DNA of 64,000 bases, taken from IMG/VR virus record IMGVR_UViG_3300026549_000001, positions 58,569 to 122,568 of that record; one strand, given 5' to 3'. Shown here one piece after another: positions 27,482 to 37,274 of the stretch (position 1 is the stretch's first letter; the number at the start of each line of letters is the position of its first letter). Source of the DNA: a virus (lineage: Duplodnaviria > Heunggongvirae > Uroviricota > Caudoviricetes). A model generated the notes under the pieces. The model was not told the DNA's origin. It saw nothing but the letters and a program-made list of their open reading frames with translations, and did no database searches. The position numbers and the translations under genes were made by a program.

Positions 27482-27766
27482 TTATTGTTCTGCAACAGGG
27501 TAGATAATCCTTCTACAATTTTTAAAGGATAATCTATTACAAATTACCGTTCCATCTATTCCTGAAATAAAATAATTTACTATTTCCTGTGGCTCGGCAA
27601 TCCAAGTAACTTTATCTTCTTTGATGTCAGCCATTAGTCTATTACTTCTATCAAATATTTGTGCTTGATTATATCCATATCTCATACAGTAGTTAGCTAT
27701 GACTTCATCGCGTTCTACATCATTTGTTGATTCACTTATAAATTTATTATCAAAAAATATAACCAT
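27482..27766 (-). CDS. hypothetical protein
   Basis: 94-aa ORF, AAGGAG RBS. Confidence 0.5.
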   Translation of the reverse strand: MVIFFDNKFISESTNDVERDEVIANYCMRYGYNQAQIFDRSNRLMADIKEDKVTWIAEPQEIVNYFISGIDGTVICNRLSFKNCRRIIYPVAEQ

Positions 27767-27774
27767 AATACTCC

Positions 27775-28041
27775 TTAATTATAAAATAATACATATATTC
27801 TGGAAGTTTCAATATTATTGTCATTATTTAAGATTAACCAATTCAATATATCATCTTCCGTGGATTTTCTACCATAACCTGATATTGTTCCTTCTATAAT
27901 TGCATTGTCTGTAACAACTGTGATAGTATCTCCTATATTAAAAGAAGCACTTCCACCTTCAGATGATATAACAATTCTATTGTTCAATAACCTAAAGAGT
28001 GCGCCTGTTGTCCTTAATGAGTACACATATCGTTTAACCAT
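27775..28041 (-). CDS. hypothetical protein
   Basis: 88-aa ORF, GGGAG RBS. Confidence 0.5.
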   Translation of the reverse strand: MVKRYVYSLRTTGALFRLLNNRIVISSEGGSASFNIGDTITVVTDNAIIEGTISGYGRKSTEDDILNWLILNNDNNIETSRIYVLFYN

Positions 28042-28043
28042 TA

Positions 28044-28454
28044 TTAATACTCCCTGTTTATATATTTACCCTTGAAATTATATATAGAATCTTCTGCGAC
28101 TTCTAACTTTAATTTAGGCACAATTCTTTTTAATTGATTGTCCCTTATTGAACATAAAAGTTCCAAATATTGTTCCCCTGTTTTACAAAAACGGAATTTA
28201 TCAAACTCCCATTCTGTTTCAGGGATATGAGCAATTAGCCAATTTGCGTAACAGGATATATCATAAGTCTGGGATAGGTTTTGTAGGTTTGGAAGGGTGT
28301 TAGTGAAATAATATCCGTTATTTCTATAATGGTTGATTAAAAGGTTCATGCAAACAACTGCTTGAGATGCTTTTGTTAGTCCTTCACCCTTTTCAGGCAA
28401 CCATTTCTTTTCAATCTCTCCCCAATCTAATGGGGGCTTTTCTTTATGCATCAC
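28044..28454 (-). CDS. hypothetical protein, paralog of 20438..20827
   Basis: KWLPEKGEGLTKASQAV...YRNNG...ANWL. Confidence 0.65.
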   Translation of the reverse strand: MMHKEKPPLDWGEIEKKWLPEKGEGLTKASQAVVCMNLLINHYRNNGYYFTNTLPNLQNLSQTYDISCYANWLIAHIPETEWEFDKFRFCKTGEQYLELLCSIRDNQLKRIVPKLKLEVAEDSIYNFKGKYINREY

Positions 28455-28834
28455 ATGAAATCCTCTTCATCGTATGTTTCTTCAACCCACTTTTCAAAAT
28501 CTCGGAGAGTTTGTCCATCACCATTACCGCATAACAGGTCAGCATCCCTCCAAGAGTAATTTTCTCCGTGTGTCATTAAAAACCCTCTCCCATAAGAATA
28601 ATAACCTCTTATATCTTCAAGAGTCTTTCCTTTGGTTTTTAGATATTCTTCAAGAATTGTGTTAAATCTTACATCAGGGAAAAACTCAACCGCTACAAGG
28701 CAATACAGGCATTCGCTTTCATCCGCGTAATCTTCAGACCTATAAATTTTTGAAGCATAGTTATATAAAACCTCATCCCAACCACTATCGGTCAACACAT
28801 CTTTATTTTGTGCATATTGCCATACATCAAACAT
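28451..28834 (-). CDS. hypothetical protein
   Basis: 127-aa ORF, GAGG RBS. Confidence 0.55.
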   Translation of the reverse strand: MFDVWQYAQNKDVLTDSGWDEVLYNYASKIYRSEDYADESECLYCLVAVEFFPDVRFNTILEEYLKTKGKTLEDIRGYYSYGRGFLMTHGENYSWRDADLLCGNGDGQTLRDFEKWVEETYDEEDFM

Positions 28835-28954
28835 ATAAAATACCTCGTTAATCTATTTTTATTATACACCCCATAATACCACTTCTATATATTGCAAAAT
28901 GGTCTGTGGGTACTGTGAAGATTTTCTTGTTATTCTCTTTATAATCTTTCACAT

Positions 28955-28983
28955 ATTATACCAAACATAAATAAAATTGTCAA
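28955..28983 (-). promoter_or_regulatory. consensus sigma-A promoter
   Basis: minus strand TTGACA-17 bp-TATAAT, just past the nrdD terminator. Confidence 0.8.
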
Positions 28984-28988
28984 TTAGC

Positions 28989-29027
28989 AAAAAGGGGGAA
29001 TGCTTTTTTATATACACATTCTCCCTT
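28989..29027 (-). terminator. intrinsic terminator after nrdD
   Basis: AAGGGGGAATG/CATTCTCCCTT stem with minus-strand T-run. Confidence 0.6.
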
Positions 29028-29036
29028 CCATATCTA

Positions 29037-30977
29037 TTATACTACATCCGTACAAAAACCGATAGTAGAATTATTCTCCCAAATACGATGCTCAAATTCG
29101 CTTTTTCTGTCTTTACTCCATGCGGCGGTTTTTGTATAAAAGCCTACAATACGAGCAAATGTAGCTTCTGCGGGGTCACCACAAGTAGGACAAGTTTTTC
29201 CATAAAATAAATGGTTATGTTTACATTGACTAATTTTACCAGTGAATGCAAAATACTTTACACCTTTATCTGCTACATAATTAAGTAACTCCCAAGCCGT
29301 ATTTTTGTCAGAAACTTCGGTATCTAAACAGATATGACAAATTGAGCCGCCATCACAATAACTATCGAAAATTGAGCAGATTTTTATGCGCTCTTGTAGT
29401 GTTGTTTTAATTCCAAGAGGAATCCATTGGTTTCCCAACAAAGATAACTCATAGTTTACATTAAATAATAATTCGTTGGACTGTTTAAACTTAACTGCGG
29501 CAGATTCACCAGGAACTTGCTCAATATTTATCTTGTAATCTTTGTCCTTTTGATATTCGGTAATAACATTGTGTAATGTTTCAAAAATATTACGCCCAAA
29601 CTCAAAGGCTTCTGGGGTATAATAAGTATCTCCTAACTCATCTACATAGGTATATCCAAAATGTTTAAGTGTTTCATATATACCATTAACTCCAAGCGTA
29701 TTATATAAATGTTCAAAATCCATCAACCCGTCTTGGAAGTTGGGTAATAAATTTCTTGCAACATTCTTTTTAAGAATATTACGAACAATATGTAGAGCAT
29801 GAAGAGCTATAATTGCCCTATCTGACAATATAGATAAATATTCCTTTTCATTCTTGGCTTCAAGAGCTATTCTGGCAAGATTAAGCGTGTTTACCTTTAC
29901 GCTACCAACTTTTAAGGCAGTACCCCCAATTGAATTAAAGTATAGTTCCGTAATATCCGATTTAAGTCTACAGCAATTAGAAAGAGATGTTACCGTATCA
30001 TCAATAAAATAATTGCTGTCCATCCACTTTCTATTATGTTCACAAACCCACCTTGCAAATTCTTCATCTGCAAACTTATTATTTTTACGCAATAGTGATA
30101 TGGTGTTAACTGGGAATGTAAACATATTTCCCCTATCTTTAATGGCTTTCATTTCTTCTAAAAACCATTTTTGAAATTTCATAATGCCGTCTTTATGGTC
30201 TATCATAAGTTCGCCATCAGGGAAAACTGAACCCCCAAAAAGAGCATCAAAATAATAACCATCAAATATAGATGTGTTTACAAATGCACTTTGAATCCCA
30301 TCTCGACAATACGGTTGATTAATAGCGTAGATGAGTCTTTGAATTTCGGATTTGGCAAATTTTTCAGGAGTTTTGTTTCGTGGGTAAGATTTGTTAGCAA
30401 TATCATTTTTCCAAAAATAATACATATAAGGAATTAAATTCGGGAGTCCGCAAGCTCCAGAAGATTTGTTACTGGCGTAACTAATGAACTCTTTAACAAA
30501 ATCTACAAAAGTTTCAAGGTGCTTTGGTGGCTCAATATTCATATTTTCCGTGGTTAGCCAAAAAAGTCCGTCTGTTGCCATTTTGGTAAGGTCATAAGCA
30601 AAACAGTAAGGTAGAAGGGTAGAGGTGGAAAAATCGTGCATATATAAGGCTTTACTCCACTCTAACTCCATCCATTTTTTTGCAATACGAAGTCCAAATT
30701 CTTGTTTTAGCTCTAAAAAGATTTTATGAAAAGCCATTAGCTTTTCATCGGGTTTAGATATTTCGCCACGCAAGGTCGTAATATCTCTATTTTTAACATT
30801 AGCCGAACTGTCTACTGAAACATCAGCAGTTGTATTTGCTTTTGTGAAATTATCTAAAAAATCATTATGGTTTAATTGAGATTCAGCCAGCCCGTTTAAG
30901 TATTCAAAATCTTCTCCATACTTTTCCTTCATAGCCTCCCAAGCACGAAGGAAGTCTTTATTCATTTTTGCCATCAC
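29037..30977 (-). CDS. nrdD: anaerobic (class III) ribonucleotide-triphosphate reductase
   Basis: LYMHD...PYCFAY, FTFPV, SNCCRL, EQVPGES, C..C zinc site, glycyl-radical motif RIVGFY; no obvious ATP cone. Confidence 0.95.
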   Translation of the reverse strand: MMAKMNKDFLRAWEAMKEKYGEDFEYLNGLAESQLNHNDFLDNFTKANTTADVSVDSSANVKNRDITTLRGEISKPDEKLMAFHKIFLELKQEFGLRIAKKWMELEWSKALYMHDFSTSTLLPYCFAYDLTKMATDGLFWLTTENMNIEPPKHLETFVDFVKEFISYASNKSSGACGLPNLIPYMYYFWKNDIANKSYPRNKTPEKFAKSEIQRLIYAINQPYCRDGIQSAFVNTSIFDGYYFDALFGGSVFPDGELMIDHKDGIMKFQKWFLEEMKAIKDRGNMFTFPVNTISLLRKNNKFADEEFARWVCEHNRKWMDSNYFIDDTVTSLSNCCRLKSDITELYFNSIGGTALKVGSVKVNTLNLARIALEAKNEKEYLSILSDRAIIALHALHIVRNILKKNVARNLLPNFQDGLMDFEHLYNTLGVNGIYETLKHFGYTYVDELGDTYYTPEAFEFGRNIFETLHNVITEYQKDKDYKINIEQVPGESAAVKFKQSNELLFNVNYELSLLGNQWIPLGIKTTLQERIKICSIFDSYCDGGSICHICLDTEVSDKNTAWELLNYVADKGVKYFAFTGKISQCKHNHLFYGKTCPTCGDPAEATFARIVGFYTKTAAWSKDRKSEFEHRIWENNSTIGFCTDVV

Positions 30978-31264
30978 ACACCTCTATCATTTATCCATTT
31001 TATAGCTTCAGTAAAATCATATAATTCACCATTAACAGATAGAACAGGAACACTCATTATTCCTAAAGAAAGCATTTCCTCTGTATCTGTATTTTCTGTA
31101 AATGCTATTCCCTTTTGAGTTAGCTTTGTTGCTAACACCTTGCATTTGGGACAATTAGTAGAATATAATATTATTCCTTCCTTTACAGAAATATTTTTTC
31201 GTTCTGTATTTGTATTGTTAATAACACAAGTAGAACATTCATTCATTTTTATTCTTTCCTCCAA
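30974..31264 (-). CDS. glutaredoxin-like (NrdH-type) protein
   Basis: LYSTNCPKC...GIMSVPVL, directly upstream of nrdD. Confidence 0.8.
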   Translation of the reverse strand: MEERIKMNECSTCVINNTNTERKNISVKEGIILYSTNCPKCKVLATKLTQKGIAFTENTDTEEMLSLGIMSVPVLSVNGELYDFTEAIKWINDRGV

Positions 31265-31278
31265 TTCATTAGAACATT

Positions 31279-31299
31279 ATTGAGGGGGAATTCCTCAAT
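31279..31299. terminator. hairpin after the VirD4-like gene
   Basis: ATTGAGG-7 nt-CCTCAAT. Confidence 0.4.
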
Positions 31300-31300
31300 T

Positions 31301-34039
31301 TTACAAATAGTCATCAATGTTCTTGACTTCTACGGGTTTTTCCCCCATCGTTATTAAATAGTCTATATTTTGACTTTGTTGATTTATCGCAAAAGGCTCT
31401 CCATTTATTAATGCTTGATTTTCTGTTACTGTTGGAATATCAATTACTAACGGTCTTTCTGGTGGAGTAGTATCTTCCCCTGAAACACTATTATTGATTT
31501 TCAACTTTGGTTTTTTATTCTTATAGATATATGGAATAATCCTATACATCTCCTGATTGCCCTTTTTAGATAATAATGGATATTTAGAAATGATTAACGC
31601 TGTAGGGGATTTTCCTCTATATGGTTTACGCAAATCCATAATAGAATATCCTTTTCCCTCATATTTCTGAACACCCGCCAATAAATCAGCAGTAGTCTGT
31701 GTAGCTCCTGCGTGTATTATAAATGAATTTATTGTGCCTAATATAGCATTAACAAAATACTCTCCTGCGTTCATAGCTATTTGGTTTACATCTAAAATAG
31801 AGAATACAGTTTGACATCCTCCAGACCTTCCTTTTTCCAACAGGTCTTTAATTAGAGTAGAACTCTCCATTGTTCCAAACTCATCAATACATAATAATAA
31901 TCTTGGGTTATATCTCTTTCGAGTACCCCTATCCATTATGTCTTGGAATATAAAAGAACTCATACTATTTGCTAACGCTTTATTAGCACTTATAAATGAA
32001 AAACAGATAACATATTGTTTCTCTGTTTCAAATGAAAACTTATTACCACCATCCACTAACATTTCTTTAGCTTTGGAAGTTAATAATATTTCAAGCTGTT
32101 TTGTTAGAGTAGCAAAACCATCTCTTTCATTACTTTCGGGTTTATAAGAATACATAAACTGTTGTAACCCTACTAAATAATTAATGGTTTCATTCTTTTG
32201 CTCCCTATATTTATCATACGCTCTAATAACATTTTGAATGGCTAATTGAGTGGAGGTCTTATAATGCTCATCCGCACCGTCTGAACTCCATCGTCTTGTA
32301 TTCATTAGAGCTTCTACCTTACCTGTTTCATTTAGATTAACTAACGGGTCATAAGTAAAGGTACACCGTCTTGCACTAAACTCATAATAAGGTATATCTC
32401 TTTCAGAACAATACTTTTGTAAATCATCAAGTATCTCTGTTTCACCTTTATAGTCAACAAATACAACGGGCTTTCCATTATTTATTGCTTGTTGCATTAT
32501 AGACCGCATTGTAGTTGTGTTGTGAGTAACTACAAAATTTTCTCCTTGATACAAATGTTCTTCATCAGCTATATAGATACAAGTACATTCCTCTTGATAG
32601 TCAAGTTTTCTAATGGCTCTTATGCCAATAACCTCACCAAATGATTTTACTCTGCTCCTATTAACGCTATTTGCCATTTTTGCTCGTTCTAATTTATATG
32701 AAAGAGTAAAGAACTTTTGTTTATCAATATTATTACATTTTATATGTAAATGATAACAAATATGCTTATGTCGGGTATCTTCGGTGATTGATGAAGAAAT
32801 ACCTAATGAGTATAATATTTCTTGTATATCCTTGATAAGTTGTTTTGAAGTCGAACTATAAGAAACATTATAGCGAGTCGAAATGCCGATTGTACCATCC
32901 GTGTCAAATAACCCCTGTAAAAGTTCCCATCTTTGTTCTATACTACCAAATTTATATTCAAATGGTATATACTTATTATACGAATATGTATTTGTTAAAA
33001 GATGTATCAATTCTTCATTTGTCGTTAAGTGTTTGGCGTGAACTTTATTACCTTCCTCATAACAAAAAGAATAGGTGTAGTTGGATTTTGGAGGTCGTAT
33101 ATAAACAGGGGATTTGCATACTGTATTTAACAATCTAACTATTTTATTTGGCACTTCTTCATTTCCAGAAGAAAGCTGTAATTCCCCATAACTGCGACAC
33201 CCATTGCCTAAAAATGCTCCAATTATATATGGTGGAATATCATATTTTATAGGAGTAGTGTATACTGCTTGGTTTGCGGGAATAACATTATTCAAAGATG
33301 TACCCCTTGTTTTATCTATAAGCGTATGCAATTCTACAGTTTTCCAATATTTACTACCATTGCCCCATCTACTTTTATATGTAATTAAATGGTTGCCACT
33401 TGCTTTAAAGGTTCTACCATCTGCAAGTTCTATTTCATATATATCTAACTTTCCTTGTGGAAATACACCAAGTATTTCGGTTGGGATTCCTTCTCTATTA
33501 TATACAAAATCTCCAATCTGCAATTCACCCATTTGTTTATACAAAAAATTTCCATTATCATATACGGGTATTTTTGCACTATTCGGCTCGGCTTTCCCTG
33601 AACCTGATGCGCCTGTAAGTAATGTACCCGCAGAAAGAATGGTGTCATTTAAGCAAACAGGTCTATTATTATGTTTTAACTCCTTATGATTAACAGGTAG
33701 AATCTTACCAATAATAACCTCATCTTTTTTTGGTTTTCTATTGTTGAATAGTCTGGAAATGCTAAAAATTGTACCACTATAATCTAAATTAGCCCCTTCA
33801 AGAATATACCTATATCTATATCTAACATAAATGAGTAAAGCTAATCCTAAAACAATATATATTATTGTGGGTAAACCAAATAGAAAAGCAATACCACTAA
33901 AAAATAATTGATTTAGATATGCTACAGGGGCAGTTTGTTTTTTCGCTAATACTACATTAATAACCGTAATAATAAATATTATACCTAAACCAATAAGGGA
34001 GTTTAACCACACTCCATTTAATATATTAATCATAGTCAA
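31301..34039 (-). CDS. VirD4/TraG-like type IV coupling ATPase containing an intein
   Basis: N-terminal TM segments; LLTGASGSGK|intein|TTTM, VFVDYKG, LCIDEFG, LLEKGRSGG. Confidence 0.85.
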   Translation of the reverse strand: MTMINILNGVWLNSLIGLGIIFIITVINVVLAKKQTAPVAYLNQLFFSGIAFLFGLPTIIYIVLGLALLIYVRYRYRYILEGANLDYSGTIFSISRLFNNRKPKKDEVIIGKILPVNHKELKHNNRPVCLNDTILSAGTLLTGASGSGKAEPNSAKIPVYDNGNFLYKQMGELQIGDFVYNREGIPTEILGVFPQGKLDIYEIELADGRTFKASGNHLITYKSRWGNGSKYWKTVELHTLIDKTRGTSLNNVIPANQAVYTTPIKYDIPPYIIGAFLGNGCRSYGELQLSSGNEEVPNKIVRLLNTVCKSPVYIRPPKSNYTYSFCYEEGNKVHAKHLTTNEELIHLLTNTYSYNKYIPFEYKFGSIEQRWELLQGLFDTDGTIGISTRYNVSYSSTSKQLIKDIQEILYSLGISSSITEDTRHKHICYHLHIKCNNIDKQKFFTLSYKLERAKMANSVNRSRVKSFGEVIGIRAIRKLDYQEECTCIYIADEEHLYQGENFVVTHNTTTMRSIMQQAINNGKPVVFVDYKGETEILDDLQKYCSERDIPYYEFSARRCTFTYDPLVNLNETGKVEALMNTRRWSSDGADEHYKTSTQLAIQNVIRAYDKYREQKNETINYLVGLQQFMYSYKPESNERDGFATLTKQLEILLTSKAKEMLVDGGNKFSFETEKQYVICFSFISANKALANSMSSFIFQDIMDRGTRKRYNPRLLLCIDEFGTMESSTLIKDLLEKGRSGGCQTVFSILDVNQIAMNAGEYFVNAILGTINSFIIHAGATQTTADLLAGVQKYEGKGYSIMDLRKPYRGKSPTALIISKYPLLSKKGNQEMYRIIPYIYKNKKPKLKINNSVSGEDTTPPERPLVIDIPTVTENQALINGEPFAINQQSQNIDYLITMGEKPVEVKNIDDYL
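32519..33592 (-). mobile_element. intein (358 aa) with LAGLIDADG homing endonuclease, class-3 type
   Basis: starts AEPNSAKIP after Walker A Lys; ASGNH block B; YIIGAFLGNG and LLQGLFDTDG; ECTCIYI block F; VVTHN|T end. Confidence 0.92.
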
Positions 34040-34059
34040 TCCTCTCTATATATAAATAC

Positions 34060-34368
34060 TTATGGTTTATAATATATACCATTATTATAATAAAACTCGC
34101 CACCTGAAAACCATCCACCGATAGTTTCACCTATTTTTTGAGATACATTTACAACAGCTTTTAATGCCGCACCTTGATTTATTCCACCCATAAGAACAAA
34201 AGCGATTAGTAACACAACAACTATTCCTGTAACAAGTTTCCATGTATCTTCGTAACTATGTTGTAATGCGCTTCTTTCTCTGGAACGCTTCATACTGGCA
34301 CGGGCTTTAGGTAGGTTTATGTCTACTTTTTCCTTTTTCTTCTTCTCTTTCTTTTTCTTTTCTTCCAT
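34060..34368 (-). CDS. small membrane protein
   Basis: basic N-terminus, one TM segment. Confidence 0.6.
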   Translation of the reverse strand: MEEKKKKEKKKKEKVDINLPKARASMKRSRERSALQHSYEDTWKLVTGIVVVLLIAFVLMGGINQGAALKAVVNVSQKIGETIGGWFSGGEFYYNNGIYYKP

Positions 34369-34370
34369 AA

Positions 34371-34823
34371 TTACTTACCTCGCATACTTGTTAATACGGA
34401 CTTTATTTGTTTGTTTGTAAACGCTCCGTACACTCTTGAATCTTTACTATGTTCTCTATTATCCCCTAAACAAAAGTATTCATCTGTTCCAAGAGTTATG
34501 TTCATATCCTCTGTTTTACCCTCTGTATACCATTCATTTATTCTTTCACCATTAACTATTAGTTGTTGGTTTACATACTTAACAGTATCATTAGGCAACC
34601 CGATTACCCTTTTCACTATATATTTATCATCTATTTTTACAACTACTATATCAAATCGTTTTATATCTGTTACACCATTTCGTACTGCAATTCCTAATTT
34701 GCCATTAAGAAGTGTAGGGTTCATAGAATCTCCACTCACATTATACACCATAAGAAATAAATTCAGTATAAGCATTACTATAATTGTTATAAGCGGTAAT
34801 ATTAAATACTTAATTTTTTTCAT
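34371..34823 (-). CDS. lepB: signal peptidase I
   Basis: VSGDSMNPTL, IVKRVIGLP, GDNREHSKDSR. Confidence 0.95.
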   Translation of the reverse strand: MKKIKYLILPLITIIVMLILNLFLMVYNVSGDSMNPTLLNGKLGIAVRNGVTDIKRFDIVVVKIDDKYIVKRVIGLPNDTVKYVNQQLIVNGERINEWYTEGKTEDMNITLGTDEYFCLGDNREHSKDSRVYGAFTNKQIKSVLTSMRGK

Positions 34824-35874
34824 CCTGTGTACGCTCCTGTTCAATAAGTTTAGCCTGTGCCTCATCATCTTCAAATGAATAATTTGATAAGCGAACAGCA
34901 GGGGGAACGAAAGGCATAATATATAATTGACAAGTTCCTAATCCTCCCACTTCTCTAAAAGCAGTTTTAACTAAATTAGTAATTGCGGGAGTACCACACA
35001 AATAAAAGAGTTTACCAAACATTATATTGTCTTTATAGTGTTTCATAATCTCTATATATTTCTTTGGTGGTTTTGCAGATAATTCTATTTCAATAGAGTA
35101 ACTTTGAGGTAAACCCTCTTTTCGAGGAACAGGCACTATTACATCAGGTGTTTGTGTAATAACTGTTCCATCTGATTCTACATATACAATAGGAAACAGC
35201 GACAAGTCAGCAAATTCAGATGTATATTTTTTACCGCTTTTCATTTCTCTACGCAAATCTTCATGCTTTCTAACTAATTCTGCGGGTTTAAATGTATTAG
35301 CCTTGAACATTGCCTCTCGAACAACTATTGTTCCCATATCAGAATGGATAGGTTCTATCTTTAATGGATGATAGCAAGATAGCATATCTTCCTCTGCACT
35401 AATCACTTGCCACAATTCAGAATTAGGGTTTCCTATCATTAAATCAAACGCTACCTGTTCTTCTCCGCAAGTGTGATTTAATAATCCAAAGGAACTCATA
35501 GATAGATACTCTTGGTCTTTTATTTCCATCATATCTAATAAGAATTTTGTAGGGCGAACAAATATGCCTAATGCTGTGGGTTCTATCCACACTAATCCTA
35601 CAGATACCCATGTAGATACTGTGGTATAACTATCTTTCCTGTTGAAGTCCTCAAACCATTGCTGTATCAGCCATAAGGGAGTAAATTTGAAATCTGCCAC
35701 AATGTATAATACAACTTCTTCTAATTTACCAATATTGGTAGAATGATTAATAGTTTTAACTTCTACAAATTCCTTATGATGTAAAATAGCGGGAGATACT
35801 TTTGGCGACCTATAAAAACTGTTCTTTGTTGCCTCTCCATCTTGTAGTTTTAACAAGTCTGTCATTCTACTCAT
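34810..35874 (-). CDS. putative replication-relaxation (Replic_Relax-like) PD-(D/E)xK nuclease, candidate relaxase
   Basis: N-terminal winged-helix-like region, LLNHT, TPDVIV...SIEIELSAK; close to the coupling protein gene. Confidence 0.5.
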   Translation of the reverse strand: MSRMTDLLKLQDGEATKNSFYRSPKVSPAILHHKEFVEVKTINHSTNIGKLEEVVLYIVADFKFTPLWLIQQWFEDFNRKDSYTTVSTWVSVGLVWIEPTALGIFVRPTKFLLDMMEIKDQEYLSMSSFGLLNHTCGEEQVAFDLMIGNPNSELWQVISAEEDMLSCYHPLKIEPIHSDMGTIVVREAMFKANTFKPAELVRKHEDLRREMKSGKKYTSEFADLSLFPIVYVESDGTVITQTPDVIVPVPRKEGLPQSYSIEIELSAKPPKKYIEIMKHYKDNIMFGKLFYLCGTPAITNLVKTAFREVGGLGTCQLYIMPFVPPAVRLSNYSFEDDEAQAKLIEQERTQDEKN

Positions 35875-36398
35875 TTTCTCACCACCACATTGGTTAAAAT
35901 ACCCTTATCAGGAATATATACCTTTGGTGTAATTGCAAAGTAAATATATACAGTAAACGGTATTATAGCCCATGCAAATAATAGCCAAGAGCTTTTTCCA
36001 TTCTTAACGGAAAAATCACGCATCATCCAAGTCCACATAGCAAAATATATAAAGGCTATACCTAATGTTACATAACTACTTATATTTAATATATTAGTTT
36101 GAAGTTCGGGAAGCGTAACATATATTTCTGTTTTTCCATTATTTGTTACAGTAGCGTATTCTGCATAGTTTTCGATACAATCAAATTCATAAATAGCTGT
36201 ACCAATAAATGCACAAATAGTTAATGCAGATAGCACAGCAACAGCAATTCCTATAATTTTTTTATCACATAATTTACCTAATATATATTTATTATAAAAA
36301 GGTATAAGCGTTTTATACCATTTTTCATCTCGTGCTTGAAAGATTATACCTCTCATTATAACGCACAGAAAAATTGCAAATATTAACACATACCACAT
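35871..36398 (-). CDS. membrane protein, DUF5684-like
   Basis: WYKTLIPFYNKYIL motif, several TM segments. Confidence 0.6.
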   Translation of the reverse strand: MWYVLIFAIFLCVIMRGIIFQARDEKWYKTLIPFYNKYILGKLCDKKIIGIAVAVLSALTICAFIGTAIYEFDCIENYAEYATVTNNGKTEIYVTLPELQTNILNISSYVTLGIAFIYFAMWTWMMRDFSVKNGKSSWLLFAWAIIPFTVYIYFAITPKVYIPDKGILTNVVVRK

Positions 36399-36428
36399 AA
36401 AAACTAATTTCCTTTCACATTATATGAA

Positions 36429-37274
36429 TTAATAATCGTGGCGGCTAATTTCCTTTGCTACAATTATTAATCTTTGATTTCTATTTCCCCTATAACAAGT
36501 TTGTAGGGTAACAATTTTATCTCCGTATTCAATATCTGTTATACTATCTAATTTATTTATTTGTTTAGTTAGTCTAACAAATTCATCAAATTGGTCGTTA
36601 TCAAAATTGCGAGTTTGATGATTAAGTTTTGCAAAATCATTATTTATATAGGCATAACATATTACATAATCTCGCACTTCATTTTCAAAGTAAATAGAAA
36701 AGAGAGCATTTCGTTTATACACCTCATCTGATAAGTAAACATCATTTAATGGGGCAAACTTTACAGTATAGTTGTTTCTATTATTATGTCCGTAAATAGT
36801 CAAGTTATCATCATCTAACTTATTTACATAGTTCATAAATACTGTACCTCTTGTATGGTACTGTTTATATATGTTTCTACGCAAATAGTAATCGTTATCC
36901 TTTGCTTGTACTATTGGCTCTCTTATCAATCCTGTATCAAACCACAAATATCCAATAACATCAGAATTAATAGATTTAACATTTCTAAAAGATTCCTTTG
37001 TCATTTTTTGTTCCAAATAATTTCCATCTTGAATATCATCAATGTCATCTTTTGATACCATCGGGGGAATTGTGGGCTGTGGTGTAGGCGTTATTTCTGT
37101 TCCCCAAACAATATAGGGAGTAGGAGTAATGCCTTGATTTATAAGATTATCTATATCATCATATACATCTTGCTCTTGAACTTTGCCCTTATGTATAGTG
37201 ACAATATTATAAATACCATATCCTATTACTCCTAATAAAATAATGGCTATAATTATTGATATTGTTTTCTTCAT
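36429..37274 (-). CDS. srtB: class B sortase
   Basis: N-terminal TM; IVQAKDNDYYL, IYGHN, VTLQTC, RLII. Confidence 0.9.
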   Translation of the reverse strand: MKKTISIIIAIILLGVIGYGIYNIVTIHKGKVQEQDVYDDIDNLINQGITPTPYIVWGTEITPTPQPTIPPMVSKDDIDDIQDGNYLEQKMTKESFRNVKSINSDVIGYLWFDTGLIREPIVQAKDNDYYLRRNIYKQYHTRGTVFMNYVNKLDDDNLTIYGHNNRNNYTVKFAPLNDVYLSDEVYKRNALFSIYFENEVRDYVICYAYINNDFAKLNHQTRNFDNDQFDEFVRLTKQINKLDSITDIEYGDKIVTLQTCYRGNRNQRLIIVAKEISRHDY

